Below, piece after piece: positions 13,270-25,569 of a stretch of 64,000 bases of DNA. Positions within the stretch are counted from its first letter, which is position 1, and every line of letters begins with the position of its first letter. Source of the DNA: Camelus dromedarius (taxonomy: Eukaryota); contig NC_087437.1 in the NCBI RefSeq assembly GCF_036321535.1, forward strand, positions 101,620,001 through 101,684,000. Direction: 5' to 3'. The notes under the pieces are model-generated. The model had not been told where the DNA came from and searched no databases. It saw only the letters and a list, made by a program, of their open reading frames with translations. Position numbers and translations under genes: made by a program.

Positions 13270-13314
13270 TTAGTGATTATCTAGAAATTATGACATGCCC
13301 CATTTAGTTGCTAA
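13270..13314 (+). repeat. Perfect 45-bp dispersed direct copy of 11524-11568
   Basis: 'ttagtgattatctagaaattatgacatgccccatttagttgctaa' is identical at both positions. Confidence 0.95.
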
Positions 13315-14734
13315 AGAAAGTTATCCAGTGGTTTCCTACATATATATTTTTTTAATTTCCTCTTCCCATTCTGTGTCTAAGTGCAAAAAAATGGGAATGT
13401 TGAGATAAAGTAAGTTGCTTAGATTGGTTTGGAAAATAATTCTCTGTGTGATTTTGTTTCTACTGAGCATCAAAAAATATTTTTTAAAGACAAGCTTTCA
13501 AGTGTGTCTGCACTGTGGGTGTTATACACTAAACAAACAACAAAGAACTCTGGGAGCAACTTCCCTAAGTAGATTACCTTAGGAGCACAAGAAAAAAAAT
13601 TAGTAGTTTTAATCAAAATATTTTGTTTTTATTAAAATTTCTTCTTCTGCCTTTTGTCTAGATCCAAAAAGTGAAGTCAAAAGACAGGAAAGTTTGTCAG
13701 TAAGTCAAGGCATCAAGTGCAAAAAAGTAATCTCTGAAGAAAATAATTTCTTTTAATTAAGACATGATACATTTGTAAATTTTAGGTGCTCTGTTGGAAA
13801 TATGGTTTTGTGGTACTGACATTTATAAGTGAGTGAACTTTATTTTTATTTAACATCATCATCATCATGTCTTCTTCTATGTAGATAATCTAAATAAGAT
13901 TCTTCATAAAAAGCTATGATTTTGTATTTGTAGTTGAATTGCAGTCTTTTAAAACTTACAGTCCTCTCAAAAACACATTCAGTGTCACTGCTGGTTCTCA
14001 TTTAGTACTCAGGAAACCTGACCTTGTGTTTTAAAATATAACTGAAAGCACGCATATGTGTGTGTATGCCTGTGTGTATATTTTTTCTCTTATTAAACAT
14101 AGGGCAAAAAAGTAAATGCAAGCCTGGACTAAATGTGCATAGGTTTAGATTATTATGAATATATGGTTTTTGACTTCCTGGGATTGGCATTATGTGCATC
14201 TATTTAGTATTCCCAGTCTTCTGCCTAGGCTTGCTGAGAATTGATTTTATTAAACTGACAAGCGACAAAATTAATTTTCCATATTACTTTTATGCCTATC
14301 CATTTATAAATTTCATTCCTGTTCAGTTTATTTATATTTCAGCCTATTTTAAAAATGAGAGGGGCACTGTTAAATATAGTATCTATTTTAATAGTAGGCT
14401 TAGATAAAATGAGCAAGCAATAAATTACAAAGCTAGAAAGATTATCTAGTAAAATTCCTACTTCATGTGCTTTTAGATTGTGTTCCTTTTGTCTTCCTTA
14501 AGTGAAATTCTGCAAAGTCACAGTCCTACATAGCTCAACATATTCTCTTTAGGGACAAAACTGAGGAACAAGTAAAAACACTGATTTTTTCCACGATCAT
14601 AGAGGAACCGCTTCTTAGACATGGTTTTTTATACTCTATTCCAAAGTAATAAAGAACTCTGTTTTAAACAATGGTCATCTCCTATGTCTGCTAGTGGTTC
14701 TTCTGTGAACCTGAAGATTTAGACATTTGGCAAC

Positions 14735-14920
14735 ATTATATAAAGGATACAGTTTTGAAGGTAGGCAGAACCTGCAGATTTATCTTCTCTGAGCCTCACT
14801 TTACTTATATTGAAATGGTACAGTAATACACAGCTTTGTATGATTAAATTGCATGTGGTAATAAAAGATCCTACAGCAAGAACACTTCATATAGTAGATG
14901 CTCACTAAATGTAGTTACCC
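14735..14920 (+). mobile_element. MIR SINE (internally deleted)
   Basis: Core 'ttctctgagcctcactttacttatattgaaatgg' and tail 'catatagtagatgctcactaaatgtagtta'. Confidence 0.7.
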
Positions 14921-16709
14921 TCCTTCTAACCTGGTCTTTCACAATTTACAACAGTTATCTTCTCATTTACTGGCTTTACTTGTTACTATTGATACTATGC
15001 TGTTACTGAAATTGGGCCCAACAACCAGGTTTTAGTTTAGTTCATCAGATTTTTGGCCCTGTTTTTAAGGTTTCCTTTAAAAAATTTTTTTTCTATAAAT
15101 GATGTCTTCACATAAGCAGCTCTTCAGGTAACTAATCTTTATCTGAGTTTTTTTTAGCTTTAAGAATAGATATCTTCTATGCTTAAAATGGTGTTTTTCC
15201 TAGAATTTGTTTTTTCCTGTTTTTGCTGTCTTTAAAGAAAATTCCTTATCTTTTAAGTCCCAAAAGAAATTAATTTACTCAATCCCGGTGACTTAAACAA
15301 ATTAAAACAGATACACAAAATGTGATGTAGTTCTAACTTTGTTGCCCTGAAGAGTCTGGGACTGTTAAGTCACGTGACCACACCATATGCCTACTAGGTA
15401 TGGAAGTCAATTTCCACCACAGAGAAATGCAGCAAATATTTTGAACAGTTATGCAATCTAAATAGAAGGATATAATAATATAAACATAATTAATTATGTA
15501 GAGTGTGCTTAAGGAGTACTGGTGAGTTGGAAGGGTATCAAGAGTTGTGTGTAGTATCTGTGGAAGAAGTGACAGTGATGGGAATATTTGGAGTACAGAC
15601 AACAGAGGTGAGTAGGTGACTGAGAATAAATAAGGACTGATATTTTTCTCATCATTACCCACCTTAAAGAGGACAACTATGTATGTTTTAGTAACTTTTA
15701 AGTAATAAAACTTAGTTTTCCAGATAAATAACTGAGTCATGGAACACTTGGTATTTCCTACTTCTAATTCAAACTCTATTTCTTCTGTATCTTCTGCACA
15801 CAGTTTTGCACTTTCTTAGTTGCAGAGGGAGAGGAATTCCTGAAGATTCATGAAACATTTTTTTTCTTAAGGTTAAATATGTTTTTACTTCTTAATTAGT
15901 CATATAGATGCATTTGTCAGAAAAAGGCAAAAAGTGACATATGGAATTAAAAAAGCATTTTGATATTCTGGCTAATTTCTTCTGGTACAATTTTATATGT
16001 ATGCCTCTTTCAAAGTTGAAACATGAGGAAATCACTTTTCATCATTCTTTATTCCCTGTGGAGTTTATCTGAATGTATAGCTATTTTTAAATTTTATCCT
16101 CTGATCAGCTTGGTTGGACACTTACAAAGATAAGTATGTAGCACAAGTGAATGTCAAAATTTCAGAATTTACATTTTGCTTCACAGACCTGAACTTTGTA
16201 TTGATTCTGAATCTTCTAAAGTATTCTTTTTTGGATCTCATTTGGCTGGGTTCATTTTCTTATCTTGATTTTCAAAAGTAGTTACAAATGTGAAGTCCTA
16301 GAATTTATTTTAATCAAAACAATATATTGAATAGTCAAAATGTGCAAAAAATAGTTATATATCTGACTATTTAGCTGTATATAAAATTGAGAAAAATTAA
16401 AATAAGCAAATAATTTCATGAATGATTTTTTTTCCAACTAGCCATCAAAATGTATTCAGTCAATCTCAAACACTTAATGATAAATTATTTTTCCCTCTTA
16501 AACTAAAGTGTATTCTAAATATTTGGTTTCTTTAAAAAGCAAGCCCAAGTTTATTGCACATAAGAATTGTACATATAATGAAGAAGGCTTCACAAAGATA
16601 AATACTATTTATAATATGTTGCTAGGATAGTCAGTGCCATTGAGTATGTTCATATTTGAGTTTCATACTATTAAAATTACCTCCAAGTAAGCAGCACACT
16701 TATCAGAAG

Positions 16710-17008
16710 TGTAGGAGGGTAACTTTCTTCTTCCTTACATCATACATTATGTTTTGTTTGTTTGTTTGTTTTGTTTTGTTTTGTTTTTATAAATATGGCT
16801 TTGTCACATTTACTTCACTAGATTCCTTGAGGAACAGTTTATCCCAAGGGTATTCATGTTGCTGTTAGCCACCCCCCTGCACCTTCTTTGAATAGATCTC
16901 ATTAGCAAACATTCCCATTTGCAAGTAATACAAATACCAAGCAATGCATTTCTATGTATTCCTTCGCCAGGCAAGTAGGACATGGAGACTTGAGTAAATC
17001 TGCCTACA
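16710..17008. mobile_element. Possible short solo LTR / MER element
   Basis: Bounded by inverted termini 'tgtagg...cctaca' (TG...CA). No matching TSD; family not recognised. Confidence 0.35.
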
Positions 17009-18329
17009 ATGTAGACTCACATCTCTCTTGAAGGGGCTGTCCTAAGGATTTCAGTGAAAAGAGAGGATCTATCAAGTCTATTTGATATTTATTACAAGTT
17101 ACAGTATACATACAGCTTTACTTCAACAGTAATAATGAACATTATTGTTTGGGAAACCATAATCATTTCATCTTATTCATCAAATGTTCAGAAATTGTAA
17201 GAGTAGGAGTACTTTTTATTCAAGGTAGTCTTGAAACTCCTAACACCTATTATTTAATTGTAATTTAAATTCTACATTCTTAAATTACTAGTGAGGCTGG
17301 GTACCTATTTATATGTTTACTTATTCCTATCTTTCTTTTTTGTGTGAAAAAAATGACTTCTGGGTTTTTTTTTTTTCTATTTTTTATTTGAATTATTGGA
17401 ATTTTTTTCTAACCTAAATTTTATTTTTATTGTTATTAAACAAATTAGCTTACTTTATTATTTTATAAATTGAAATGTTCATGTGTTGGTATTTGATTTT
17501 ATAATTTTTAATAAGTATTTCATAACACTTTAAGTTTAAAATTTGGAGTAAAAACAATAGGAAAATCTCTGCTATAATTGAAAAAAATCTCTTAGATAAC
17601 AACATACTTTTTGGTTTCAAAATGAGTTTATTTAAGTTCATGAACTTGCTGAGTGTTTGTTAAATTAGAATCTTCTATCACTGCTATTTTAGATATAGTA
17701 TATTAGACACATTTTCCCATGAAAATTATTTTGTAACATTTATAGATTTCATTAAATTATTGAACTACATTTTATAGAAATGGAATGTGCAAATGTTGGC
17801 AGCCATCCATGAGGCACTTTAATGTATAGTATATTCAATTTTTTCCCATCGTTTTTATCATTAAGCTATAAATAATGAGTAACATATAGCACCATAACCT
17901 AACTGTATCAGCTATCACTGACAAGTGTTTGGATGATGCTAATAATTCACTGTGATTCAGAATTTAAGAAATACATTTGAGGGAACTTTTAAGGAAACAA
18001 CTGGGTTGGCTTCTTGAAAAATTATTGAGTTTTCCAAGAAACAAGAAATTCTTAAGCTTTACTTCTCTAAGCTATCTGAAATGACTTTCATTAAACTTCT
18101 GATTAATATATCCATAAATTAATCCCTATTATATAAAAATAAAACAAATAAAAAACAATAACAGTATTTAATTAATCATTTAAAATATCTAGTTTAGCTA
18201 CCTGTAAGGAGATAGTCATTTTTATTCTCATCAACAAAATTTATTACTTAAAACACACTGGAAAACTATTTACCTCTGGAAAAAAAAAACTGAAAAATCC
18301 TGAAGGAAAGAGATTTGCTTTTTACTAGT

Positions 18330-18613
18330 CTGAGGTATGACTGACATAAACATTGTGTAAGTTTAAGGTGCCCAATATGTTGATTTGATACACTGATATA
18401 TTGCATAATGATTACCACTAAAATGTTAGCTAACACCTCTGTCATCTTACATAATCACCATTTCTTTTTTAAAGATTTGTTCTCTTAGAAAGGTTCACAT
18501 ATATAATACTGTAGCATTAACTATAATTATGATGTTACACATTTGAGCTTCAAAACTGATGCATTTTGTAATTGAAAGCTTGTTCCTTTTGACCAAAATC
18601 CCCATATTTGCTC
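18330..18613 (-). mobile_element. L1MA-like 3' end, part 1
   Basis: 'tgaggtatgactgacataaacattgtgtaagtttaaggtg...gatttgatacac...atgattacca' is the antisense L1MA 3' terminus. Confidence 0.85.
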
Positions 18614-19170
18614 TGTTAAGCAAAAAGTCAGAGGTAAGCAGTGAGGCCCAGGAGGACAATGTCCAGGGAGGACCCAAAAGAGACTCAGTCCCGCCCCTTG
18701 CCTGTAATACCTAAGGAACAACCCACCATAGGGAAGAGATACCATAAAAACCACAGCTGGAAATTCCCCGGGCTGAGCGTGCACAAAGCCTAGGACTTCT
18801 TGTCCTCAGATGATCCTACCACCCTGATACATTCATTATCTCCTACTACATATTCTGCCCATATATTAATCTCATTATAACAAAACAAATTCTGGGGGAA
18901 AAAACATGTGCCAGTCAAGTACCCATTACATAATTCTCAACTGTCAATCAAAAGTGATGTGGTTCCCCAGGCAAAACCAAAGCTTCAGAAGCTAAAATCC
19001 TCTGTTTTCAGGGCCATTGCCTCCCTTGGCTTGGCCTGCTTCTCTGTTAGAGTGTATTTCTTTCCAAAATAAACCCTGCCTGTACTTTTCTACTGTTGTG
19101 GCTCCCCAAATCTTTGTTGCACCAACAAGAACTGAGGTCATGGGCAGCCCTGCCATTGCCTGCGGTAACA
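18614..19170 (+). mobile_element. ERV1-type solo LTR nested in L1
   Basis: Termini tgttaa...ggtaaca; aataaa at 19068-19073; 4-bp flanks gctc/cctc (TSD with 1 mismatch); the L1 resumes immediately after. Confidence 0.85.
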
Positions 19171-19330
19171 CCTCCATTCCCCAGCCCCTGGTTAATCCTC
19201 TGTTTCTATGAGTCCAGTTTTTAGATTCCATATCTAAATGGTATCATACAGTATTTTTCTTTCTCTGTCTGACTTATTTCATTTAGCATAATGTCCTCAA
19301 GGTCCATGCATGTTATCAAAACTGGCAGGA
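19171..19330 (-). mobile_element. L1MA-like 3' end, part 2
   Basis: 'ccccagcccctgg...ctctgtttctatgagt...ttagattccata...tctgtctgacttatttcatttagcataatgtcctcaaggtccat'. The ORF-track peptide 'MDLEDIMLNEISQTEKEKYCMI' resembles the L1 ORF2 C-terminus. Confidence 0.9.
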
Positions 19331-19550
19331 TAGAAAAGAGATTTTCTAATGTTTGTAATACTCCCATCCAGCTCACTTTAAGTCCACTGCAAACATTTGT
19401 TGGAGTGATGAATGAATGATTACTCATCTCAAGTGATTTCTTAATGGTAAGTCCTTCTATAAACCCTCTTGAGAAGGAAAATACTCTATCTTTTGAAGGA
19501 AATACATTAAGATGTTAGAAGAGAGATAAATTGATGGATATAGATGAATT

Positions 19551-19553
<3 letters not shown>

Positions 19554-19606
<53 letters not shown>
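19554..19606. repeat. (CA)n microsatellite
   Basis: Perfect CA run of about 26 units. Confidence 0.98.
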
Positions 19607-19607
<1 letters not shown>

Positions 19608-20618
19608 CTTTGAGGTCCATAGAGGGAAAGTCCATAAGCAGGGTAGCCTAAAATATTATAGCCTACAATGTAGAAAGTAATTGTGGTCCAATTCAATAAT
19701 CCTGATAAACAGGGTCTGTAGACCTGTTTCCAACTTGGCTGGGAAAAATCTTCTTTGCTAATGTTTGAATTTGAAAATGAGCTGGCCCATAACTTTAGGT
19801 AAAACCAGTCACTACAAAATCCAAGACTGGATATAGGTCCTCTGTTGGCACAAGTCTGGAAATGAACTTTTTGTGATTCAGAACCAGAGCTTAGCTGCTA
19901 ATGTGAGATCACTTTAAGAGCTGTGAACAATGAAATGCCAACCCACAGATAATGTTTATACCATCTCATGGGCAAACCTCCCTGGAAGAGAACCCTAGCA
20001 GAAAGTGAACTGTCCCATGAAAATTTCAAAACACACAAGGAAGACAAGTACCACACAAAAAAATTAAAAATATAAACAAACAAACAAACAAGTGAAACAA
20101 ATGGAAGGATAAGAAACTAGATTTTCTTAGAAAAATGAAAACAAACATATTCTAAATTCCATATAGAACTGAAAAAGGTCAAGAAGTATCTGTACCATCC
20201 TAAAAAGGAAGAATTGAGGGAGTAGTGAAGTTAATGGACTTTGTCTTCCAGATATCAAGCCACTACATTAGGTATAATTTGTTACATAGCAGTAGAAAAC
20301 TATACACTAAGAATCTAGTCCTTGTTCTAGATTATAGGCTTTAGTCATGATTCTGGTCCAACAGCAGTTCAATGTTCCCAGACAAGTTGTGTATTTGATG
20401 TAGACTTTACTTCTCTTTGTATAATTGTTATATTTAAATCACTTCCAGATATAAAAATGGAATTTATTAACATAACTATAAACTTAACTGTGACCAAAAC
20501 TATTTTATGAAAATTATAATAGAATCTAACTTAAATAGTAAATGACATCCTGAAATAACTACATGAAATGTGATTTCTTTCACAAGAAGTCACTTGGTTG
20601 TAATTATTTCTAAAGAAG

Positions 20619-21070
20619 TGTGAAGGAAAAGCTGGGCTGGGCTAGCAAGATAACTCACAAGTCTAAGAATGTGGGCTAACAAGATAACTCACAAATCTAA
20701 GTATCGGAATACTGATCTGAGTTCTGCTGGACTAACTCGTAAATCTAAGTTAATTAGTGTTGGTTTGCTGTTCATGTTTTTTTTTTGCTAGCCAGCGAGA
20801 TTTTCAAAGAGATATATCTGGCTTTGGAATGTTGGTTTGCTGCCTCCCTGCCTCCACTTTTGTGATAATGATGCTGCTAAAGCTGTTCCATGACTATTGG
20901 CTGAATACCCCAAGCTTGTACTTTACCCTATAAAACCTCACGCGCACGTCTAGGAGGTGCTCAGAGCTTCGGAGCAGAAGCCCCTCTGAGCCCGCTGGTG
21001 TAATGCATCTGAGTACTCCGACCCTCCGAGTGGTGCTTGTTTCTTGGCTGGCCTGTCGTTTTCTGTAACA
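20619..21070 (+). mobile_element. Young ERV1-type (gammaretrovirus-like) solo LTR
   Basis: Termini tgtgaa...gtaaca; perfect 4-bp TSD gaag (20615-20618 / 21071-21074); inverted CCAAT 'attgg' 20896-20900; TATA 'tataaaa' 20929-20935; CpGs retained. Confidence 0.92.
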
Positions 21071-22064
21071 GAAGCAGTCCAGTCTCGCATTGAAAAAAAC
21101 ACAATTCTCCCATTAACTAGTTTCCATTTACAGAAATCACAATTTCCTAAATAATAATATAAATTGTTTAAATTACAAATACAAGACTATCTTGCCAATA
21201 GTTGTATCAATGTCTTTTTATACTCTGCTTATGAAAGAAGTAAATTTCTCAGTCTTTTGTTTCTATTTCTGTTGATATCCACCACAATTAAGTGTACCTT
21301 AATTTAAAATAGAGAATAATTTTGAATTAGTAGAGAGAAGAGAGTAATGCAGTATCAAGAAATGCATATGCATTATCTTTAAATCTTTTCCTGTTACTTA
21401 CTAATACTTGTTTATGAGTTATTTTTAAAATCATATATGCCATAAATATTTTCTAGTATCTGAAACATTATGTTTTAATTCTTATAACTAAATAATACAG
21501 ATTGAACTATTAAAAAAAAAACCCCAATGCTGCCTAAATCTGCGATGTGATTTTTCAGTTTTACCCATTTTAATAATTATAGAGATGATGTGACTTATTA
21601 ATATTTTCTTATTCAGTCTCTGATGATAGAGTTTATGTATTTGTAAACTTAAACACAAGAATGAAACAGCCTCTGTGTACGTTAAACCTTTCTCGGGGCA
21701 ATATGGGCGTGGAGATCTTACCAAAGAATTAAATACCCACAGTCTGCAGTAAACATCAATCATCAATCTTTAATAAAATAACGGTGACATTGGGAAGGAA
21801 ACCTGTACCTATATTTAATTTAAGTTTATATCCTCATTTAATTTATGTCAATAATTGCAAATTCTTAAAAGCTCTTCTTAATTTATTTTGTCTAATTCTA
21901 TTATTTTTTAAAATGTACTGCATCTACTAGAAACTGAGACCACAAGCTGTTTACCTTAAAAGAGGAACAAAACACAAATTGCATTTGTTTTCATGAAGGT
22001 TACAGTCTATGAAAAATAGATACAATTGCAAAAAAACTACAGAATGAACAAAGTACTTGGATAA

Positions 22065-22556
22065 TGTGAACGAAAAATACTGCAAGCCACATCGGTAAAC
22101 AAAGAATGCTGAAGCCATCAAGTCATCAGTGGCTGCCGCCACCCCCCAGTGAAGACAAGCCTGTAGCCTGGCCTCTGCAGCCACTCACAATGGTGTACCC
22201 TGAGGGCACTCAGAATAAGAAAGGACAGGATACTGGCCCTAGATAGCTAGGTGCTTGTCAAAGGAATGAATTCAATGAGCCCAAATGTTTGCTTCCTCCC
22301 ATACTTGGAAAAGCGCTAAATTCTTGAGATGCCTGGTTTTCTTTAGTTAACAAGTAATCTTTTAATGTTCCAACTACCTGGTCTTTGTTGTAAAGCTCCT
22401 GTGTATCCTAGCTCCTCCCCTGACTCTCCAGAGCAGTCCCTCAGAGCGATTTGAGAGGCTGTCATCCCGGGCTCGAAGGAGTTCGAGTCCTCAGAAATGT
22501 CTGCCAAATAAAACGTAACTCTCCACTTTTAGGCAGTGCATTTATTTCAGTCGACA
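22065..22556 (+). mobile_element. ERV1-type solo LTR (MER34/LTR39-like 3' end)
   Basis: Termini tgtgaacg...ttcagtcgaca; aataaa near 22507; 'gagcagtccctcagagcgatttgagaggctgtc' block typical of the group; TSD degraded (ataa/gtag). Confidence 0.8.
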
Positions 22557-24149
22557 GTAGTTAACCAGATAACTAAATGAGTTTGTAAATATAACGTTAA
22601 AATGTTTTATTTTTAATTAATGTAAGTCTTTGTTGATAAAAGCACATTTCGTATGCTGCTAGAAGTACCATGTTACAGTTTATGTTTCATGGAGATAAAC
22701 TGCTTGGTATTATAAAGGTATAAAATATAGGTAGCCTAAAATTGTGTTTAGTTTTTTTGATAGATAGATAATCAGGGTGCCTATAAAACTTATCATTAAG
22801 TATAATGCATTATTTTAAATTTTTACAAAATCTTTCAGACTATTCTTATTTTTATTTTTTTAAAGTTACATAAATCAAATGGCAGTCCCTGGTGAAACTG
22901 AAGTCTTCTTTGAATAGCACTTCAAAGAGTAGAAAAAAACTTCTCAGAATATGTGACCTTTCAAACTTTCCTTCTCTGTCCCACAGACAAACTGGGAACA
23001 TTCATCTGACATTATTGTCTTTTTGTTTTCCATGATGTTGGTTACAATTTACACAAAGGACTTTTATTCACAATAGCTGAGTGAGAGAGGACTGTGCCTT
23101 TTATCTGTCTGCTTTTTACAAGATAAATGGAGCAGGTGTAAAGGAATTAATGAAGCAACTGCCAAATTGCAGGGGTCATTGGTGTGTTGAAAGCTGTAAA
23201 TTAGCCAGGTCTTGTGGGAAATTACCCTCTACCTCTACTGAGATTCTGCCATTTCTAAATTCAAGTTCAAGAGAGAAAGCAATTTGAAAGTGGAAAAGAA
23301 AAGTGCTTGTTAACTTTCATTACTTGGGGTAATTCTAAGTGAAAAACATATACTAGGATACTTCTAAATATTAACTGTGCAGTGAAACCTACCAATATAA
23401 ATATAGTTAAATTTTAATTTATTCTATAGAAGAAAAATATAGCTTGTGCCTTATTAAAACCATATCTATAGTGTTAGAAGCATTTTAAAACTACTAGGAA
23501 TACAATATAAACTGGTGGTCGCAAACATACTGATTTGCAGAGCTCATATTAAATCCAGTGTTTCTCAGGGAATACTTACAAGACTAGGGATTTAAAGAAA
23601 TTTGAATTTAAATATGAAATCACAGGATGTAAGTCTCTAACTTTCTGTCTCAGACTCTCACTTTCTTATTGTTAAATGAAACATCAAAGGGAAAATGCTC
23701 TATTTGAGATAATAGGATAAAATATAAAAGGAGAGAATTTTAAAAAATCTTTCGAAATAGTGTTAAATTTTATTTATATTTACAAAGTCACAAAAAGCAA
23801 AAAAAAAAAAAAAGAAATCTAATATACTTGTGATGTAAGAAAAATAATTTACCTGCACAATAGGCAGACTTGAAAATTATGTCAATTTTTTAAAATATCC
23901 TGCTCTTAAAAGAATCTACAATTTTAGTTCAAGTGTATATAAGTTATTTTAAAATAATTTAGAAATAAAATATTCTCCAAATGAGGCAAGGAGAGAAAAT
24001 ATGGTTTTGTCTGGAAAACAGGAAAAAAATAGTAAAAATTATGTATTTATCAAATGTCTCTAGTTAGTTAGCAGATATGTGCAATTTGATAATTACTTTT
24101 CTCAGTTAATGTTATACTACCATTGTCTACGCAAGTCCATTTTAGTTTT

Positions 24150-25560
24150 CTCCTCTTTTTTAATTTTTTGTTTACTGTTATCCACATTATTGTTCCCCTC
24201 TTCTCCAAAATATATGTTTCAGTGTGTCTGATAAACATCTTAGAATATATTTCCATCATTAAAAAAATACATAGTATGATTTTTTGTGTGTATGCTTTTA
24301 ATTTTAGTTTATGATATTGGAAACCACTTCTCATTCCTCTTCTATTTTTTTCACTCAGCCTTATGTATATAGCATTATGTAATCTATGCAGCATCATGTA
24401 ATGTGTGTACCATTAAGGTCTGCAGCCACGTTGGTACTTCTTAACAGTTCATCGCTTATAATTGCTGAACATGTTGCTTTGTGTGATTTCATCACATTTT
24501 ACCTATACTTTCTCTTGTTGAAGGAATACATATGGTTGCCAATAACCAATTAAACAAAACTACAGTGAAAGTCACAAAGGCAAACATTTCCATTTGTATA
24601 CATGTAAGATGGAATGCTGGATCCTAGGGAGAATATTCTCCTGATTTCATTACATTCTTCTGAGGCTCATCTCCAGAATGGTTATATTGCTTTACAGACC
24701 CACAGGCAACATATTGGACAATTGTGTCCCAGAGTATTAATGGACTTATCAGGCTCTACAGATTTCCTGTTTATTCACTAATCCTTAATTTTCTAATATT
24801 AACTTTGAGTTTGAGGAAGGATACCTTTATATTTTAGAGATTGATCTCTTTTCAGATTTAGATGGTGCAAATAATTTCTCTTCTACTATTATCTACCTCT
24901 TATTCAGGATAGCTGTTCATTGAACAGAAATTCTTTATTTTTTTATATTATCAAATCTATAGATTTGCTTATGATATATTCTTTTGGGATTTGTTTAATA
25001 CATCCATCTCTATCCCTAAGGAAAAAATCAGTTCTCTGAATATCCTTTGATTAAACAAGCAGTTTTGTCTTTTACATTTTGACCATTAAATTATTGGGGT
25101 ATATTTCCTATATAGCATAACATAAATCTATAGCTCTAGTTTTCTCTAAATGATAACTTTTTTTTCCCAAATGATTCATTAAATATTCATCCTTTTCCCA
25201 TTGATATATGGTAACACTTTTATCATGTTGCCATTTCCCATATATACTTGCATCTTTATTAAGCTTTCAATACTGTGTCATTGTTTGCTAATTTCACTGT
25301 CAGAACTATATTGCTTTTTCTATACGATCTTGTGGCAATTAGTTATGCATGGATCATTAAATATCCAAAAAATTTATAGAGTAAGTTGTTTGAGGTCATC
25401 AGTGAAGTCTTGCTATTATTGTTATAAGGATTACATTTAATCTATTGATCAATGAGGAAAGAAATAAAATACTATAATGTTAAATCATTTTATCAATGAA
25501 GAAAGTATAATTTTTCATTTACTGATCATCTTTTATGTATAGCAATTGAAATTTCAAATT
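24150..25560 (-). mobile_element. Highly decayed L1ME-like fragment
   Basis: Antisense ORF2/3' motifs such as 'tttttttcactcagcc', 'gcaaataatttctc', 'ttcattgaacagaaattctttattttt', 'aaatattcatccttttcccattga'. Confidence 0.6.
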
Positions 25561-25569
25561 CCATGAATT

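Noticed and set aside
20638..20749. CRISPR-like or other repeat-spacer array
   Set aside because: Only 2.5 units with no regular spacers, inside the U3 of a retroviral LTR in mammalian DNA; no cas genes.
18614..22556. A provirus bounded by paired LTRs
   Set aside because: The three LTRs are dissimilar, at least two have their own TSDs, and there is no PBS or gag/pol/env between them.
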